DNA from: Candidatus Limnocylindria bacterium
GTDB lineage: Bacteria > Chloroflexota > Limnocylindria > P2-11E
Assembly (NCBI GenBank): GCA_035937095.1
Contig: DASYVN010000183.1
Span: 1-58,051 of the forward strand
Length of the DNA stretch: 58,051 nucleotides
Direction: 5' to 3'
This document shows, piece by piece, positions 37,233 to 45,165 of this stretch. The notes beneath the pieces are model-generated. The model was given only the letters and a program-made list of their open reading frames with translations. It had not been told where the DNA came from and searched no databases. A program made the position numbers and the translations under genes. The stretch's first letter is position 1. The number at the start of each line of letters is the position of its first letter.

Positions 37233-37260
37233 GTATACGGTGGATGCAGCCACTGTATAC
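37233..37260. promoter_or_regulatory. 28-bp imperfect palindrome GTATAC-G-GTGG-ATGCAG-CCAC-T-GTATAC (candidate operator)
   Basis: Read directly from the sequence. It fills the 55-bp gap between the divergent starts at 37214 and 37270 and overlaps the plus-strand -10 box. Confidence 0.5.
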
Positions 37261-37263
37261 GTT
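37258..37263 (+). promoter_or_regulatory. Candidate -10 box TACGTT, 6 nt upstream of the ATPase ATG at 37270
   Basis: The sequence reads TACGTT-AGATGT-ATG with no SD. Confidence 0.35.
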
Positions 37264-37269
37264 AGATGT

Positions 37270-38472
37270 ATGCTAGCGCGAATGCCTCGCCCTTTCACGA
37301 AGGCTCCCCTCCCCGCGGCATATTTCCCGCTCGGGGGCCCGGTGCCCGCCGCGGACATCGTCGGCCGCGAGGGCTACATCCGCCGCGCCGTGGCCCGGCT
37401 CGTGGACGGGAACCACATCCTCATCGCGGGTCCCCGGCGGATCGGCAAGACGTCGGTGATCCTCGAGATCCTTCGCCGGCTGCGGCGCAAGGGCCTGCAC
37501 ACCGCCTATGTGGACTGCATGGGCGCGACCGACATCCGCGGGCTGGGCGAACGCCTCGCCGACGCCGTGCTCGAGAACGTGTCGGGCGTCGAACGGAGCT
37601 TCGACCACGCGAAGGCCATCGCGGCGGGGATGCGGCCGACGGTGAAGATCCGCTACGAGCGCGTCGAGCTCGCGCTCGAGCTCGCGCGCGAGAAGAACGC
37701 CCAGCGCTTCTTCGATGGCGCGCTCGACCTTCCGCGGGCGCTGGCGGCGAAGACCGGAAAGCGCGTCGTCGTCGCGTTCGATGAGTTCCAGGCCGCCGGC
37801 CAGCTGGGTCCCCGCGTGTTCGACCTCATGCGCACCCGCTTCCAAGCGCAGCGGGCAGTGTCGTACGCGTTCTTGGGCTCCGAGGAAGGGATTCTCGAGC
37901 AGTTGTTCAGCGGGAAAGGCCGCGCCTTCTATCGCTTCGCGCTCCCGCTCGATCTCGCCGACGCGGCCGGCCACCGGTTCGGCATCGATCCCGATGACTG
38001 GCTCTCGTACATCCAGGAGAAGCTGAGCGAGCGGAAGCTGACCATCGCTGACGCTGAGGTCGACCGGATCCTTGACTCGACCGGCGGGCACCCGCAGGAC
38101 ACGATGCAGGTCTGCGCGGCCCTCTACTACCTGATGCGCGACGCTGGACTGCGGACCGTGAGCGCGGAGGCCATCGGTGTGGCGCTCGAGCAGTCGTTGC
38201 GCGAGCTGGAGCGACCGTTCGCGCTGCACTGGGCGGACCTCGGGAAAGGCAAATACCTGCAGCAGGTCGCGAAACGCATCGCGCACGGCGCGGTGCTGTA
38301 CGCGAGCGACGGCGCCGGCGGGGTGCCCCGGGCCGAAGTGCTCCGGGCGCTCGCGGCGCTGCAGGCCCGCGGGCTCGTCGCTCATCTCGCGCGCGGTCGC
38401 TACGAATTCGTCGAGCCGCTGTTCGGCGAGTACGTGCGGCGACTGGACGAAGCTATCGTGACGACGAAGTGA
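37270..38472 (+). CDS. AAA-type ATPase of the Arch_ATPase/DUF234 kind, with a C-terminal winged-helix-like region
   Basis: 400 aa with IVGREGYIRRAVARL...ILIAGPRRIGKTSV (Walker A) and VVVAFDEFQ (Walker B). The C-terminus reads LAALQARGLVAHLARGRYEFVEPLFGEYV. Confidence 0.75.
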   Translation: MLARMPRPFTKAPLPAAYFPLGGPVPAADIVGREGYIRRAVARLVDGNHILIAGPRRIGKTSVILEILRRLRRKGLHTAYVDCMGATDIRGLGERLADAVLENVSGVERSFDHAKAIAAGMRPTVKIRYERVELALELAREKNAQRFFDGALDLPRALAAKTGKRVVVAFDEFQAAGQLGPRVFDLMRTRFQAQRAVSYAFLGSEEGILEQLFSGKGRAFYRFALPLDLADAAGHRFGIDPDDWLSYIQEKLSERKLTIADAEVDRILDSTGGHPQDTMQVCAALYYLMRDAGLRTVSAEAIGVALEQSLRELERPFALHWADLGKGKYLQQVAKRIAHGAVLYASDGAGGVPRAEVLRALAALQARGLVAHLARGRYEFVEPLFGEYVRRLDEAIVTTK

Positions 38473-38663
38473 TCGACCCGCCACTCGAGCTCCGGCCCGG
38501 CGTGACGGTGCAGTACCGCGCCGCGGACAGCGATGAATGGCGCGAGGGCACCCTCGTCCACGGCTCGGCGAACGACGAAGAGTGGCTCGTCAAGAATCGG
38601 TTCGGGAAGTTCTGGCTCCCCGTGAGCCGGCTGCGCCCGGCGAACGAGCTGCAGGAGCCTTAG
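38469..38663 (+). CDS. Hypothetical 64-aa protein translationally coupled to the ATPase
   Basis: The GTG overlaps the ATPase stop (GTGA). The sequence (VTVQYRAADSDEWREGTLVHGSANDEEWLVKNRFGKFWLPVSRL) looks like a small beta-rich domain. I recognise no family. Confidence 0.5.
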   Translation: MIDPPLELRPGVTVQYRAADSDEWREGTLVHGSANDEEWLVKNRFGKFWLPVSRLRPANELQEP

Positions 38664-38683
38664 GAGCTCGAGCCGCCGGTCGG

Positions 38684-38755
38684 TACCCCCGAGCGGACTC
38701 GAACCGCTGCTTCAGGCTTCGGAGGCCTGCGCTCTATCCACTGAGCTACGGGGGC
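38684..38755 (-). tRNA. tRNA-Arg (anticodon CCG)
   Basis: Cloverleaf folded by hand: GCCCCCG-TA-GCTC-AGTGGATA-GAGC-G-CAGGC-CTCCGAA-GCCTG-AAGC-AGCGG-TTCGAGT-CCGCT-CGGGGGT-A. It has a G1-U72 wobble and a 4-nt variable loop. The genome encodes CC, not the full CCA. Confidence 0.9.
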
Positions 38756-38792
38756 GGGAATGGAGCGAAAGGCCCTGCTCCGACGGTGATTC

Positions 38793-38798
38793 TAACCT
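38793..38798 (+). promoter_or_regulatory. Candidate -10 box TAACCT, 6 nt upstream of the tatC GTG
   Basis: The sequence reads TAACCT-TGCGCA-GTG with no SD. Confidence 0.35.
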
Positions 38799-38804
38799 TG
38801 CGCA

Positions 38805-39542
38805 GTGAGTCAGATCCTGTCCGAACGCGACAAAGAGCTGTCCCTGATGCAGCACCTCACCGAGCTGCGGACCCGCGTGATGATCACGGCATTCGGGGTG
38901 CTGATCGCGACGGCCATCGCGTTCGTGTTCGCGAAGGACATCATCCTCGCCCTCGAGGCGCCGGCCCACCTGGGCAAGCCGCTTCAGCTCATCAGCCCGA
39001 CCGAAGGCTTCACCACGTACATGCGCGTCTCGCTGTTCACCGGGATCGCCCTGGCGATGCCGATCATCCTGTACGAGATCTACGCCTACGTCGATCCGGC
39101 GCTCCGTCCCGGCGAGCGGCGGTTCCTGCTGACGCTCGGACCGTTCGTGTTGCTGCTGTTCGTCGGCGGGATGGCGTTCTGCTACTTCCTCCTGCTGCCC
39201 AACGCGATCAACTTCCTCTTCACCTTCGGCAGCGATGTGTTCGAGGCCGCGCCGCGGGCCAGTGAGTACATCTCGTTCGTGACCACGTTCATCCTCGGGG
39301 TCGGGCTCGTCTTCGAGATGCCGGTGATCATCCTCGCCGTCACGCGGATCGGCCTCGTGAAGCGATCGTGGCTCGCGAAGCAGCGCCGCTACGTCGTGCT
39401 GGTCGTCTTCATCCTCGGCGCGATCATCACGCCGACGCCGGATCCGTTCAATCAGACGCTGGTCGCGGTCCCGATGTATCTCCTGTTCGAGGTCGGGATG
39501 CTTCTGTCACGCTTCGGCGGAGGGCCTCGACGCGCGACTTGA
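38805..39542 (+). CDS. tatC: Twin-arginine translocase subunit TatC
   Basis: 245 aa with LMQHLTELRTRV and the six-TM TatC layout (FILGVGLVFEMPVIILAVTRIGLV). Confidence 0.9.
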   Translation: MSQILSERDKELSLMQHLTELRTRVMITAFGVLIATAIAFVFAKDIILALEAPAHLGKPLQLISPTEGFTTYMRVSLFTGIALAMPIILYEIYAYVDPALRPGERRFLLTLGPFVLLLFVGGMAFCYFLLLPNAINFLFTFGSDVFEAAPRASEYISFVTTFILGVGLVFEMPVIILAVTRIGLVKRSWLAKQRRYVVLVVFILGAIITPTPDPFNQTLVAVPMYLLFEVGMLLSRFGGGPRRAT

Positions 39543-40905
39543 GCGCCGCTTCGGCGCCGAGGTCCGTGGGCTCGTAGTAGCGGCGACCTCTGAGCGATTC
39601 GGGCAGGAACGTCTCCTCCGGATCGAAATGGTCCGGCGTGTCGTGCGCGTAGCGATAGCCAATGCCATAGCCGAGGCCGCGCATCAGGCCGGTGACCGCG
39701 TTGCGCAGGTGGAGCGGCACCGGATCAGCGCGCGTGCCCTCCACGTCGGCCATGAGCGCGCCATGCGCGCGCTTGATCGAGTCCGACTTGGGCGCGAGCG
39801 CGAGGTAGACCGTCGCCTCGGCCAGCGGGTAGTAGCCCTCCGGCATCCCGATGAGATGCACGGCCTGTTGCGCCGCGGACGCGAGGACCAGCGCCTGGGG
39901 ATCGGCGAGGCCGACGTCCTCTCCCGCGAGGATCACCAACCGCCGGGCGATGAACATCGGGTCCTCGCCCGCGTCGATCATCCGGACCAGCCAGTAGAGC
40001 GCGCCGTCCGGGTCGGACCCACGCAGGCTCTTGATGAACGCGGAGATCGTGTCGTAATGCGAGTCACCTGCCCGGTCGTAGACGAGCGAGCGTCGCTGGA
40101 GCGCGTCCTTCACCGCAGCGAGGTCCACGTGGCGAATGCCATCCGGGTCGGGCGCCGCGGCGTCGGAGGCGAGCTCGAGCGTGTTGAGCGCGACGCGCGC
40201 GTCGCCGTTCGCGATGACCACGAGCGACTGCAGGGCATCCGGGTCGAGGGCGACCGTGCCGTTCAGGCCGCGCGGATCGGCGAGCGCACGCTCGACGATG
40301 AGGCGCACGTCGTCCTCGCCGAGCGGCTGCAGGACGAACACGCGCGATCGAGACAGCAGCGCCGAGATCACCTCGAACGACGGGTTCTCCGTCGTGGCGC
40401 CGATGAGCGTGATATCGCCCTCTTCAACGGACGGCAGCACGGCGTCCTGCTGGGCCTTGTTGAAGCGATGGATCTCGTCGATGAAGACGACCGTGCGCTC
40501 GCCCGTGGCTCTGCTGAGCTCGCGCGCCTCCTCGATCACGCGCCGGAGATCGGCGACGCCGGTCGACGCCGCCGACAGCGCGACGAACCGCGCCTTCGCC
40601 CGGCGCGCCGCGATCGCCGCGAGCGTCGTCTTCCCCGTGCCCGGCGGGCCCCAGAGGATCATCGACGGGAGCTGCCCCGCGTCGATCGCCTTCCGCAGCA
40701 CCCGACCGGGGCCGACCAGATGGGGCTGGCCGACGTACTCGTCGAGATCGCGCGGCCGGACGCGGGCCGCGAGCGGCTTCCCCTTCCCTGGGTCGGCGGC
40801 GTCGATCTCGGCGGTGAACAGCGGTGAGACGCCGGTCGGACGTTGCGACCGCCGCGGATGTGGCACGTATCGAGTATGGCGGGTGCGCACCCTCCCCTCC
40901 CCCAC
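39448..40905 (-). CDS. rarA: Replication-associated recombination protein RarA/MgsA (AAA+); start uncertain
   Basis: It has RPRDLDEYVGQPHLVG, Walker A GPPGTGKTT, Walker B VFIDEIHRFNK, ATTENPSFE and the MgsA C-terminal domain (GDARVALN, HYDTISAFIKSLRGSD). GTGs at 40905, 40890 and 40866 are all possible starts. The 3' end overlaps tatC by 95 nt. Confidence 0.85.
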   Translation of the reverse strand: MGEGRVRTRHTRYVPHPRRSQRPTGVSPLFTAEIDAADPGKGKPLAARVRPRDLDEYVGQPHLVGPGRVLRKAIDAGQLPSMILWGPPGTGKTTLAAIAARRAKARFVALSAASTGVADLRRVIEEARELSRATGERTVVFIDEIHRFNKAQQDAVLPSVEEGDITLIGATTENPSFEVISALLSRSRVFVLQPLGEDDVRLIVERALADPRGLNGTVALDPDALQSLVVIANGDARVALNTLELASDAAAPDPDGIRHVDLAAVKDALQRRSLVYDRAGDSHYDTISAFIKSLRGSDPDGALYWLVRMIDAGEDPMFIARRLVILAGEDVGLADPQALVLASAAQQAVHLIGMPEGYYPLAEATVYLALAPKSDSIKRAHGALMADVEGTRADPVPLHLRNAVTGLMRGLGYGIGYRYAHDTPDHFDPEETFLPESLRGRRYYEPTDLGAEAALKSRVEALRRSVTEASRPRTGDTSGPRPASD

Positions 40906-40913
40906 CCCGGGGG

Positions 40914-40919
40914 TACGAT
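40914..40919 (+). promoter_or_regulatory. Candidate -10 box TACGAT, 6 nt upstream of the csoR ATG
   Basis: The sequence reads TACGAT-GGCCGC-ATG with no SD. Confidence 0.35.
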
Positions 40920-40925
40920 GGCCGC

Positions 40926-41192
40926 ATGAAGCCTGACACGAAGAAGGACGTCGCTGCGCGGCTCCGGTCCATCGCGGGGCATCTCAAAGCGGTCGAGCGC
41001 ATGGTCGATGAGGACAAGTACTGCGTCGACGTGCTCAAGCAAACGATGGCGATCGAGAAGGCCCTGGAGCGCGTGGACGCGATGATCCTGGGGTCGCATC
41101 TCGAGACCTGCGTCGCAGATGCGTTCCGCGAGGGCCGGGCCGAGAAGACCGTTCAGGAGCTCGCCGAGATCTTCAGCACCGCACGGAAATAG
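40926..41192 (+). CDS. csoR: CsoR-family metal-sensing repressor (Cu-type C-H-C ligand set)
   Basis: 88 aa from MKPDTKK. The Cys in DKYC, the His 25 residues later (GSH) and the Cys 4 residues after that (ETC) reproduce the CsoR C36/H61/C65 spacing. Confidence 0.85.
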   Translation: MKPDTKKDVAARLRSIAGHLKAVERMVDEDKYCVDVLKQTMAIEKALERVDAMILGSHLETCVADAFREGRAEKTVQELAEIFSTARK

Positions 41193-41207
41193 GGCCTCAT
41201 GGGCCCT
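41191..41207 (+). terminator. Hairpin AGGGCC-TCATG-GGCCCT overlapping the csoR stop
   Basis: A perfect 6-bp stem that begins inside the csoR stop codon (41190-41192). There is no long T-tract. Confidence 0.4.
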
Positions 41208-41208
41208 G

Positions 41209-41241
41209 TTGACATGAATTTTCTGGCTGCGACAATACATA
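41209..41241 (+). promoter_or_regulatory. Candidate promoter: a perfect TTGACA -35 box, then an AT-richer ACAATACATA region
   Basis: TTGACA lies at 41209-41214. Several weak -10 candidates sit 17-21 nt downstream, and none is convincing alone. Confidence 0.3.
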
Positions 41242-41242
41242 A

Positions 41243-41261
41243 GCGATAGTTTTGCTATCGC
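41243..41261. promoter_or_regulatory. Inverted repeat GCGATAG-TTTTG-CTATCGC (candidate ArsR-family operator)
   Basis: Perfect 7-bp arms, read directly from the sequence. It lies between the candidate promoter and the arsR-like start. Confidence 0.45.
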
Positions 41262-41287
41262 GATCCGCGACCAGGGGAGAACACGTA

Positions 41288-41590
41288 TTGTTGACCGAGG
41301 CGTCGGTGCGCGATCTGCGCATCTACTACCGCGCACTGGGCGATGACACGCGCTTGCGCGTCCTACAGCTGCTGGCGACCGAAGGCGAGCACACGGTGAC
41401 CGATCTGGCCGAACGGCTGCGCCTCTCCCAGCCGCTCCTGTCGTGGCACCTTCGACGGCTTCGCCGTGCCGGAGTGGTGAAGACCGTGCGCGTCGGACGC
41501 GAGGTCCGCTGCACCTTCGACCGCGAACGCTTCGCCCAGCTCCACGAGCGTGGCTTCCGGACGCTCATGAACCCGGGGAGCGCGCGATGA
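41288..41590 (+). CDS. ArsR/SmtB-family HTH regulator lacking the metal-binding Cys motif
   Basis: It has [48 protein letters not shown]. The TTG at 41288 is preceded by AGGGGAGA. The track start at 41252 lies inside the inverted repeat and was rejected. Confidence 0.8.
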   Translation: MLTEASVRDLRIYYRALGDDTRLRVLQLLATEGEHTVTDLAERLRLSQPLLSWHLRRLRRAGVVKTVRVGREVRCTFDRERFAQLHERGFRTLMNPGSAR

Positions 41591-42222
41591 ACCACGGATT
41601 GATGCCGAACGAGGTCGCCGAGGGGACGCGCATCGGCTTGGCCCCCCTCGCGCGCCGCCTGCACCGCGTCGGCATCACGGCGAACGCGGTGACGGTGATC
41701 GGCGTGCTCATCACGTTCGCCGGCTCGGCGCTCCTGGCGGCCGCCCAGCCGCTGCCGGCGCTCATCGTGCTCCTCGCCGGGGCGCTCTCCGACACGCTGG
41801 ATGGCCAGCTCGCGAAGGCCGCGGGTGGCGGCACTCGGTTCGGCGCGTTCCTCGACTCCACCCTCGATCGTGTCTCCGACGCCGCGTTGTCCTGCGGCGC
41901 CGCCGCGCTCGGTGCCGCGCGCGGCGATGCGCTGCTGTTCTGGTCGGCGCTCGCCGGCCTCGTCGCGTCATACCTGGTGAGCTATGTCCGAGCCAAGGCC
42001 GAGTCGATGGGGACGACGGCATCTGTCGGTCTCATGCCTCGCGAGGCGCGCCTGACCGTGCTGCTCGTCGGCATCGGGATGTGGGGCGTCCTCAGCCTGT
42101 ACCAGCTGTTCGTCGCGGCGTTCGCCGCCGTCGCCGTGCTCTCCGTCATCACGCTGTTCCAGCGCATCGCCTTCGTGGCCCGCGACCTCCAGAAGACCAC
42201 CCCCAGGGAAGGAACTCGATAG
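41587..42222 (+). CDS. pgsA: CDP-alcohol phosphatidyltransferase, probable phosphatidylinositol-phosphate synthase (PgsA1-like)
   Basis: 211 aa with the CDP-alcohol motif [30 protein letters not shown]. The ATG overlaps the arsR-like stop (ATGA). Its position next to ino1 and pimA supports PI-type specificity. Confidence 0.8.
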   Translation: MNHGLMPNEVAEGTRIGLAPLARRLHRVGITANAVTVIGVLITFAGSALLAAAQPLPALIVLLAGALSDTLDGQLAKAAGGGTRFGAFLDSTLDRVSDAALSCGAAALGAARGDALLFWSALAGLVASYLVSYVRAKAESMGTTASVGLMPREARLTVLLVGIGMWGVLSLYQLFVAAFAAVAVLSVITLFQRIAFVARDLQKTTPREGTR

Positions 42223-42224
42223 CC

Positions 42225-43397
42225 ATGGCTGCTTCGACCAAGGCGCCCCGCAAGCGCACCACGACCACTCGCCGGGTCGGCCGGCCGACCACGCGCCGGC
42301 GTCCCATCCGGGTCGCCATCATCGGCGTCGGCAACTGCGCGAGCTCGCTCGTGCAGGGCGTGCACTACTACCGCAACGCCAAGGTCGGCGACAAGATCCC
42401 AGGCCTCATGCACGTCGAGCTCGGCGGGTATCACCTGCGGGACGTGGAATTCGTCGCCGCGTTCGACGTCGACCGCAACAAGGTCGGCAAGGACCTGGCC
42501 GACGCGATCTACGCGCCGCCGAACAACACGTATCGCTTCGCGGACGTGCCCAAGTCAGGGGTGAAGGTATCGCGCGGCATGACCCACGACGGCATCGGCA
42601 AGTACCTGGCCGCCGTCGTGAAGAAGGCCGACGGCCCGACCGACGACATCGTGGCGATCCTGAAAGACCGCAAGGTGGACGTGGTCGTGTCCTACCTCCC
42701 GGTCGGCAGTGAGGAAGCCACGAAGTGGTACGTCGAGCAGGTCCTCGACGCGGGCTGCGCCTTCATCAACTGCGTGCCGGTCTTCATCGGCCGGGAGCCG
42801 TACTGGCAGAAGCGCTTTGCGGACCGCAAGCTCCCGATCATCGGCGATGACATCAAGTCGCAGGTCGGTGCCACCATCACCCACCGGGTCCTGACGCGCC
42901 TCTTCATGGACCGCGGTGTCCGCCTGGATCGGACCTACCAGCTCAACTTCGGCGGCAACACCGATTTCTTGAACATGCTCGAGCGCGAGCGCCTCGAGTC
43001 GAAGAAGATCAGCAAGACGAACGCCGTGACCAGCATGCTGGACTACGAGATGGACCCCAACGACGTGCACGTCGGCCCGTCCGACTACGTGCCGTGGCTC
43101 CTCGATCGCAAGTGGTGCTACATCCGGATGGAGGGCACGACGTTCGGCGACGTCCCGCTCAACGCCGAGGTGAAGCTCGAGGTCTGGGACTCGCCGAACA
43201 GCGCCGGCGTCGTGATCGACGCCATCCGCTGCTGCAAGCTCGCCCTCGACCGCGGCCTCGGCGGCACCATCGTGGCGCCGGCGTCGTACTTCATGAAGTC
43301 GCCGCCGAAGCAGATCCACGACGACCGAGCCCGCGTCCGCCTCGAGGACTTCATCGCCGGGCGCGACAACGAAACGCTCGTCGGCAAGGGCTCGTGA
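42225..43397 (+). CDS. ino1: myo-Inositol-1-phosphate synthase
   Basis: 390 aa from MAASTK with a basic N-terminal tail. It has [16 protein letters not shown] (NAD site), [19 protein letters not shown] and NFGGNTDF. Confidence 0.9.
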   Translation: MAASTKAPRKRTTTTRRVGRPTTRRRPIRVAIIGVGNCASSLVQGVHYYRNAKVGDKIPGLMHVELGGYHLRDVEFVAAFDVDRNKVGKDLADAIYAPPNNTYRFADVPKSGVKVSRGMTHDGIGKYLAAVVKKADGPTDDIVAILKDRKVDVVVSYLPVGSEEATKWYVEQVLDAGCAFINCVPVFIGREPYWQKRFADRKLPIIGDDIKSQVGATITHRVLTRLFMDRGVRLDRTYQLNFGGNTDFLNMLERERLESKKISKTNAVTSMLDYEMDPNDVHVGPSDYVPWLLDRKWCYIRMEGTTFGDVPLNAEVKLEVWDSPNSAGVVIDAIRCCKLALDRGLGGTIVAPASYFMKSPPKQIHDDRARVRLEDFIAGRDNETLVGKGS

Positions 43398-44302
43398 TCG
43401 ACCGCGTCATCCACGGCATCAGCTACTGGATCTGGCGGATCGCGGCGGGCGGCGCGCAGCGGCTCCCCGCGCGCGTGCTCTACGCCCTCGCCGTGATCGT
43501 CGGTGAGGTCGGCTACGTGGCATGGACCGCGAAGCGCCGGATCGCGAAGCACAACTTCGCGATCGTTCTCGGACGGCCGTCGACGGACCCGGAGGTCGCG
43601 CGGGTGGCGCGGCGATCCTTCCGGAACTTCGCGAAATACATCGTCGAGATCATGCGATTCCCCCTGCTCAGCGTGGCGGACTTCGAGCGGCTCGTGGCCG
43701 TTGAGGGCTGGGAGCACCTTCGGGGCGCCCTGGCCCTCGGTAAGGGCGTCATCTTCGTGTCGATCCACTTCGGCAACTTCGAGCTCGGAGGCGCGCGCAT
43801 CGCCGACGAGATCCCGCTCAACGTCATCGCTGACGGGCTGGAGAATCAGCGGCTGATGGATCTCCTCGTCGGGAACCGCGCGCACAAGAACATCACGCTC
43901 CTCTCGCCCGACGGTGCGGCCAGGAAGGTCCTCAGCGCGCTGCGCCGGAATGAGATGGTCGGCCTGATGATGGACCTTGGTCCGCGAGCCCAGGCGTTCG
44001 ACATCGTGGAGGCCGACTTCTTCGGGACACCTACGGCTTTCCCGGCCGTCGCCGCGAATCTCGCGCGCGTCTCAGGCGCCCCGATCGTCGTCGCTGCGGT
44101 GGTGCGCCGGCACGACAACACCTTCACCGGCATCGCCATGCCACCGATCTTCGTCGAGCGTACGAAGCAGGCCGCCGAGGACGTGCAGCGCGCGACCCAG
44201 GCCATCGCCCACAGCCTTGAGACCTTCGTGCGCCGGTGGCCCGACCAGTGGTACATCTTCCGGCCGATGTGGCCACAGCCGGTCGTCGCCGCGGCGACAT
44301 GA
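43394..44302 (+). CDS. LpxL/HtrB-family lipid acyltransferase (PatA-like), copy 1
   Basis: 302 aa with an N-terminal anchor helix and the HFGNFE (HX4-type) catalytic motif. The GTG overlaps the ino1 stop (GTGA). Confidence 0.75.
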   Translation: MIDRVIHGISYWIWRIAAGGAQRLPARVLYALAVIVGEVGYVAWTAKRRIAKHNFAIVLGRPSTDPEVARVARRSFRNFAKYIVEIMRFPLLSVADFERLVAVEGWEHLRGALALGKGVIFVSIHFGNFELGGARIADEIPLNVIADGLENQRLMDLLVGNRAHKNITLLSPDGAARKVLSALRRNEMVGLMMDLGPRAQAFDIVEADFFGTPTAFPAVAANLARVSGAPIVVAAVVRRHDNTFTGIAMPPIFVERTKQAAEDVQRATQAIAHSLETFVRRWPDQWYIFRPMWPQPVVAAAT

Positions 44303-45141
44303 TCGCCGGCGCAGCCGCGCGCCTTGCCGAGGGCACGCTGCCCCACCTCCCATCCGTCCTCGACGTGCCGATCGCCACGGTGGGCGGGACCCTGGCCTAC
44401 CGCGCGTCGTCCAGCGCGCGCGACGCGGTCCGCGAGAACCTTGCCATCGTGGCACCCGAACGGCGTGACCGTGAACGGCTCGTGCGCCAGACGTTCGTCG
44501 AGCAGGTCCGCCACTACATCGAGATCTTCCGCCTCGCGCGCCTCGATCACGACACCGTGCGGCGAGCGGTCGTGATGACGGGATGGGAGCGCTTCGTCGC
44601 GGCCGTCGAGCGCGGCAACGGGGTGATCGTCGCGAGCGCGCACGTTGGGCCGATCTCCGTCTGCGGTCAGATCATCGCCGCGAATGGCTACGACATCACC
44701 CTGCCGATCGAAAAGGAGACCGATGAGCTCGCGCGCTCGATCAACCGCGCGCGCACGCGCATGGGTCTGCGATTCATCGAGACGGACTCGGCGCTCGGCA
44801 TCCATCGGGTGCTCAAGCGCGGTGGGATCCTCGGCGTGCTGGCTGACCGTGCAGTCACCGGTGTCGGCGAGCGGGTGCCGTTCTTCGGGCGCCCCGCGCT
44901 CCTTCCGTCCGTGCACGTCGCGCTCGCGCTCCGCACCGGAGCGGTGCTCCTGCCCGCGTTCGCGCATCGCGATGGGAACGTTCTGCGGGCGGTGTTCGAG
45001 CCCGAGCTCGAGCTGCCCCGCACCGGCGACCGCGACGCGGACGTGCGCGAGGGCGTGCGGCGCTGGGCCGCCGTGCTGGAGCCGCACATCCGCGTCGCGC
45101 CGGAGCAATGGTCGGTGTTCGAGGCGGTCTGGCGGCGATGA
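44299..45141 (+). CDS. LpxL/HtrB-family lipid acyltransferase, copy 2
   Basis: 280 aa with SAHVGPISVCG at the position of the HX4 motif. The ATG overlaps the upstream stop (ATGA). Confidence 0.72.
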   Translation: MIAGAAARLAEGTLPHLPSVLDVPIATVGGTLAYRASSSARDAVRENLAIVAPERRDRERLVRQTFVEQVRHYIEIFRLARLDHDTVRRAVVMTGWERFVAAVERGNGVIVASAHVGPISVCGQIIAANGYDITLPIEKETDELARSINRARTRMGLRFIETDSALGIHRVLKRGGILGVLADRAVTGVGERVPFFGRPALLPSVHVALALRTGAVLLPAFAHRDGNVLRAVFEPELELPRTGDRDADVREGVRRWAAVLEPHIRVAPEQWSVFEAVWRR

Positions 45142-45165
45142 GATCGCTGGGCTACGGTCGCCGTA

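Noticed and set aside
37215-38804. Genomic island integrated at tRNA-Arg
   Set aside because: I saw no integrase or recombinase, no direct repeat of the tRNA 3' end, and no obvious GC drop. Only the ATPase/mini-ORF pair is unusual.
41252-41287. Track start (TTG at 41252) for the ArsR-like gene
   Set aside because: That start lies inside the inverted repeat and has no SD. The TTG at 41288 follows AGGGGAGA at proper spacing.
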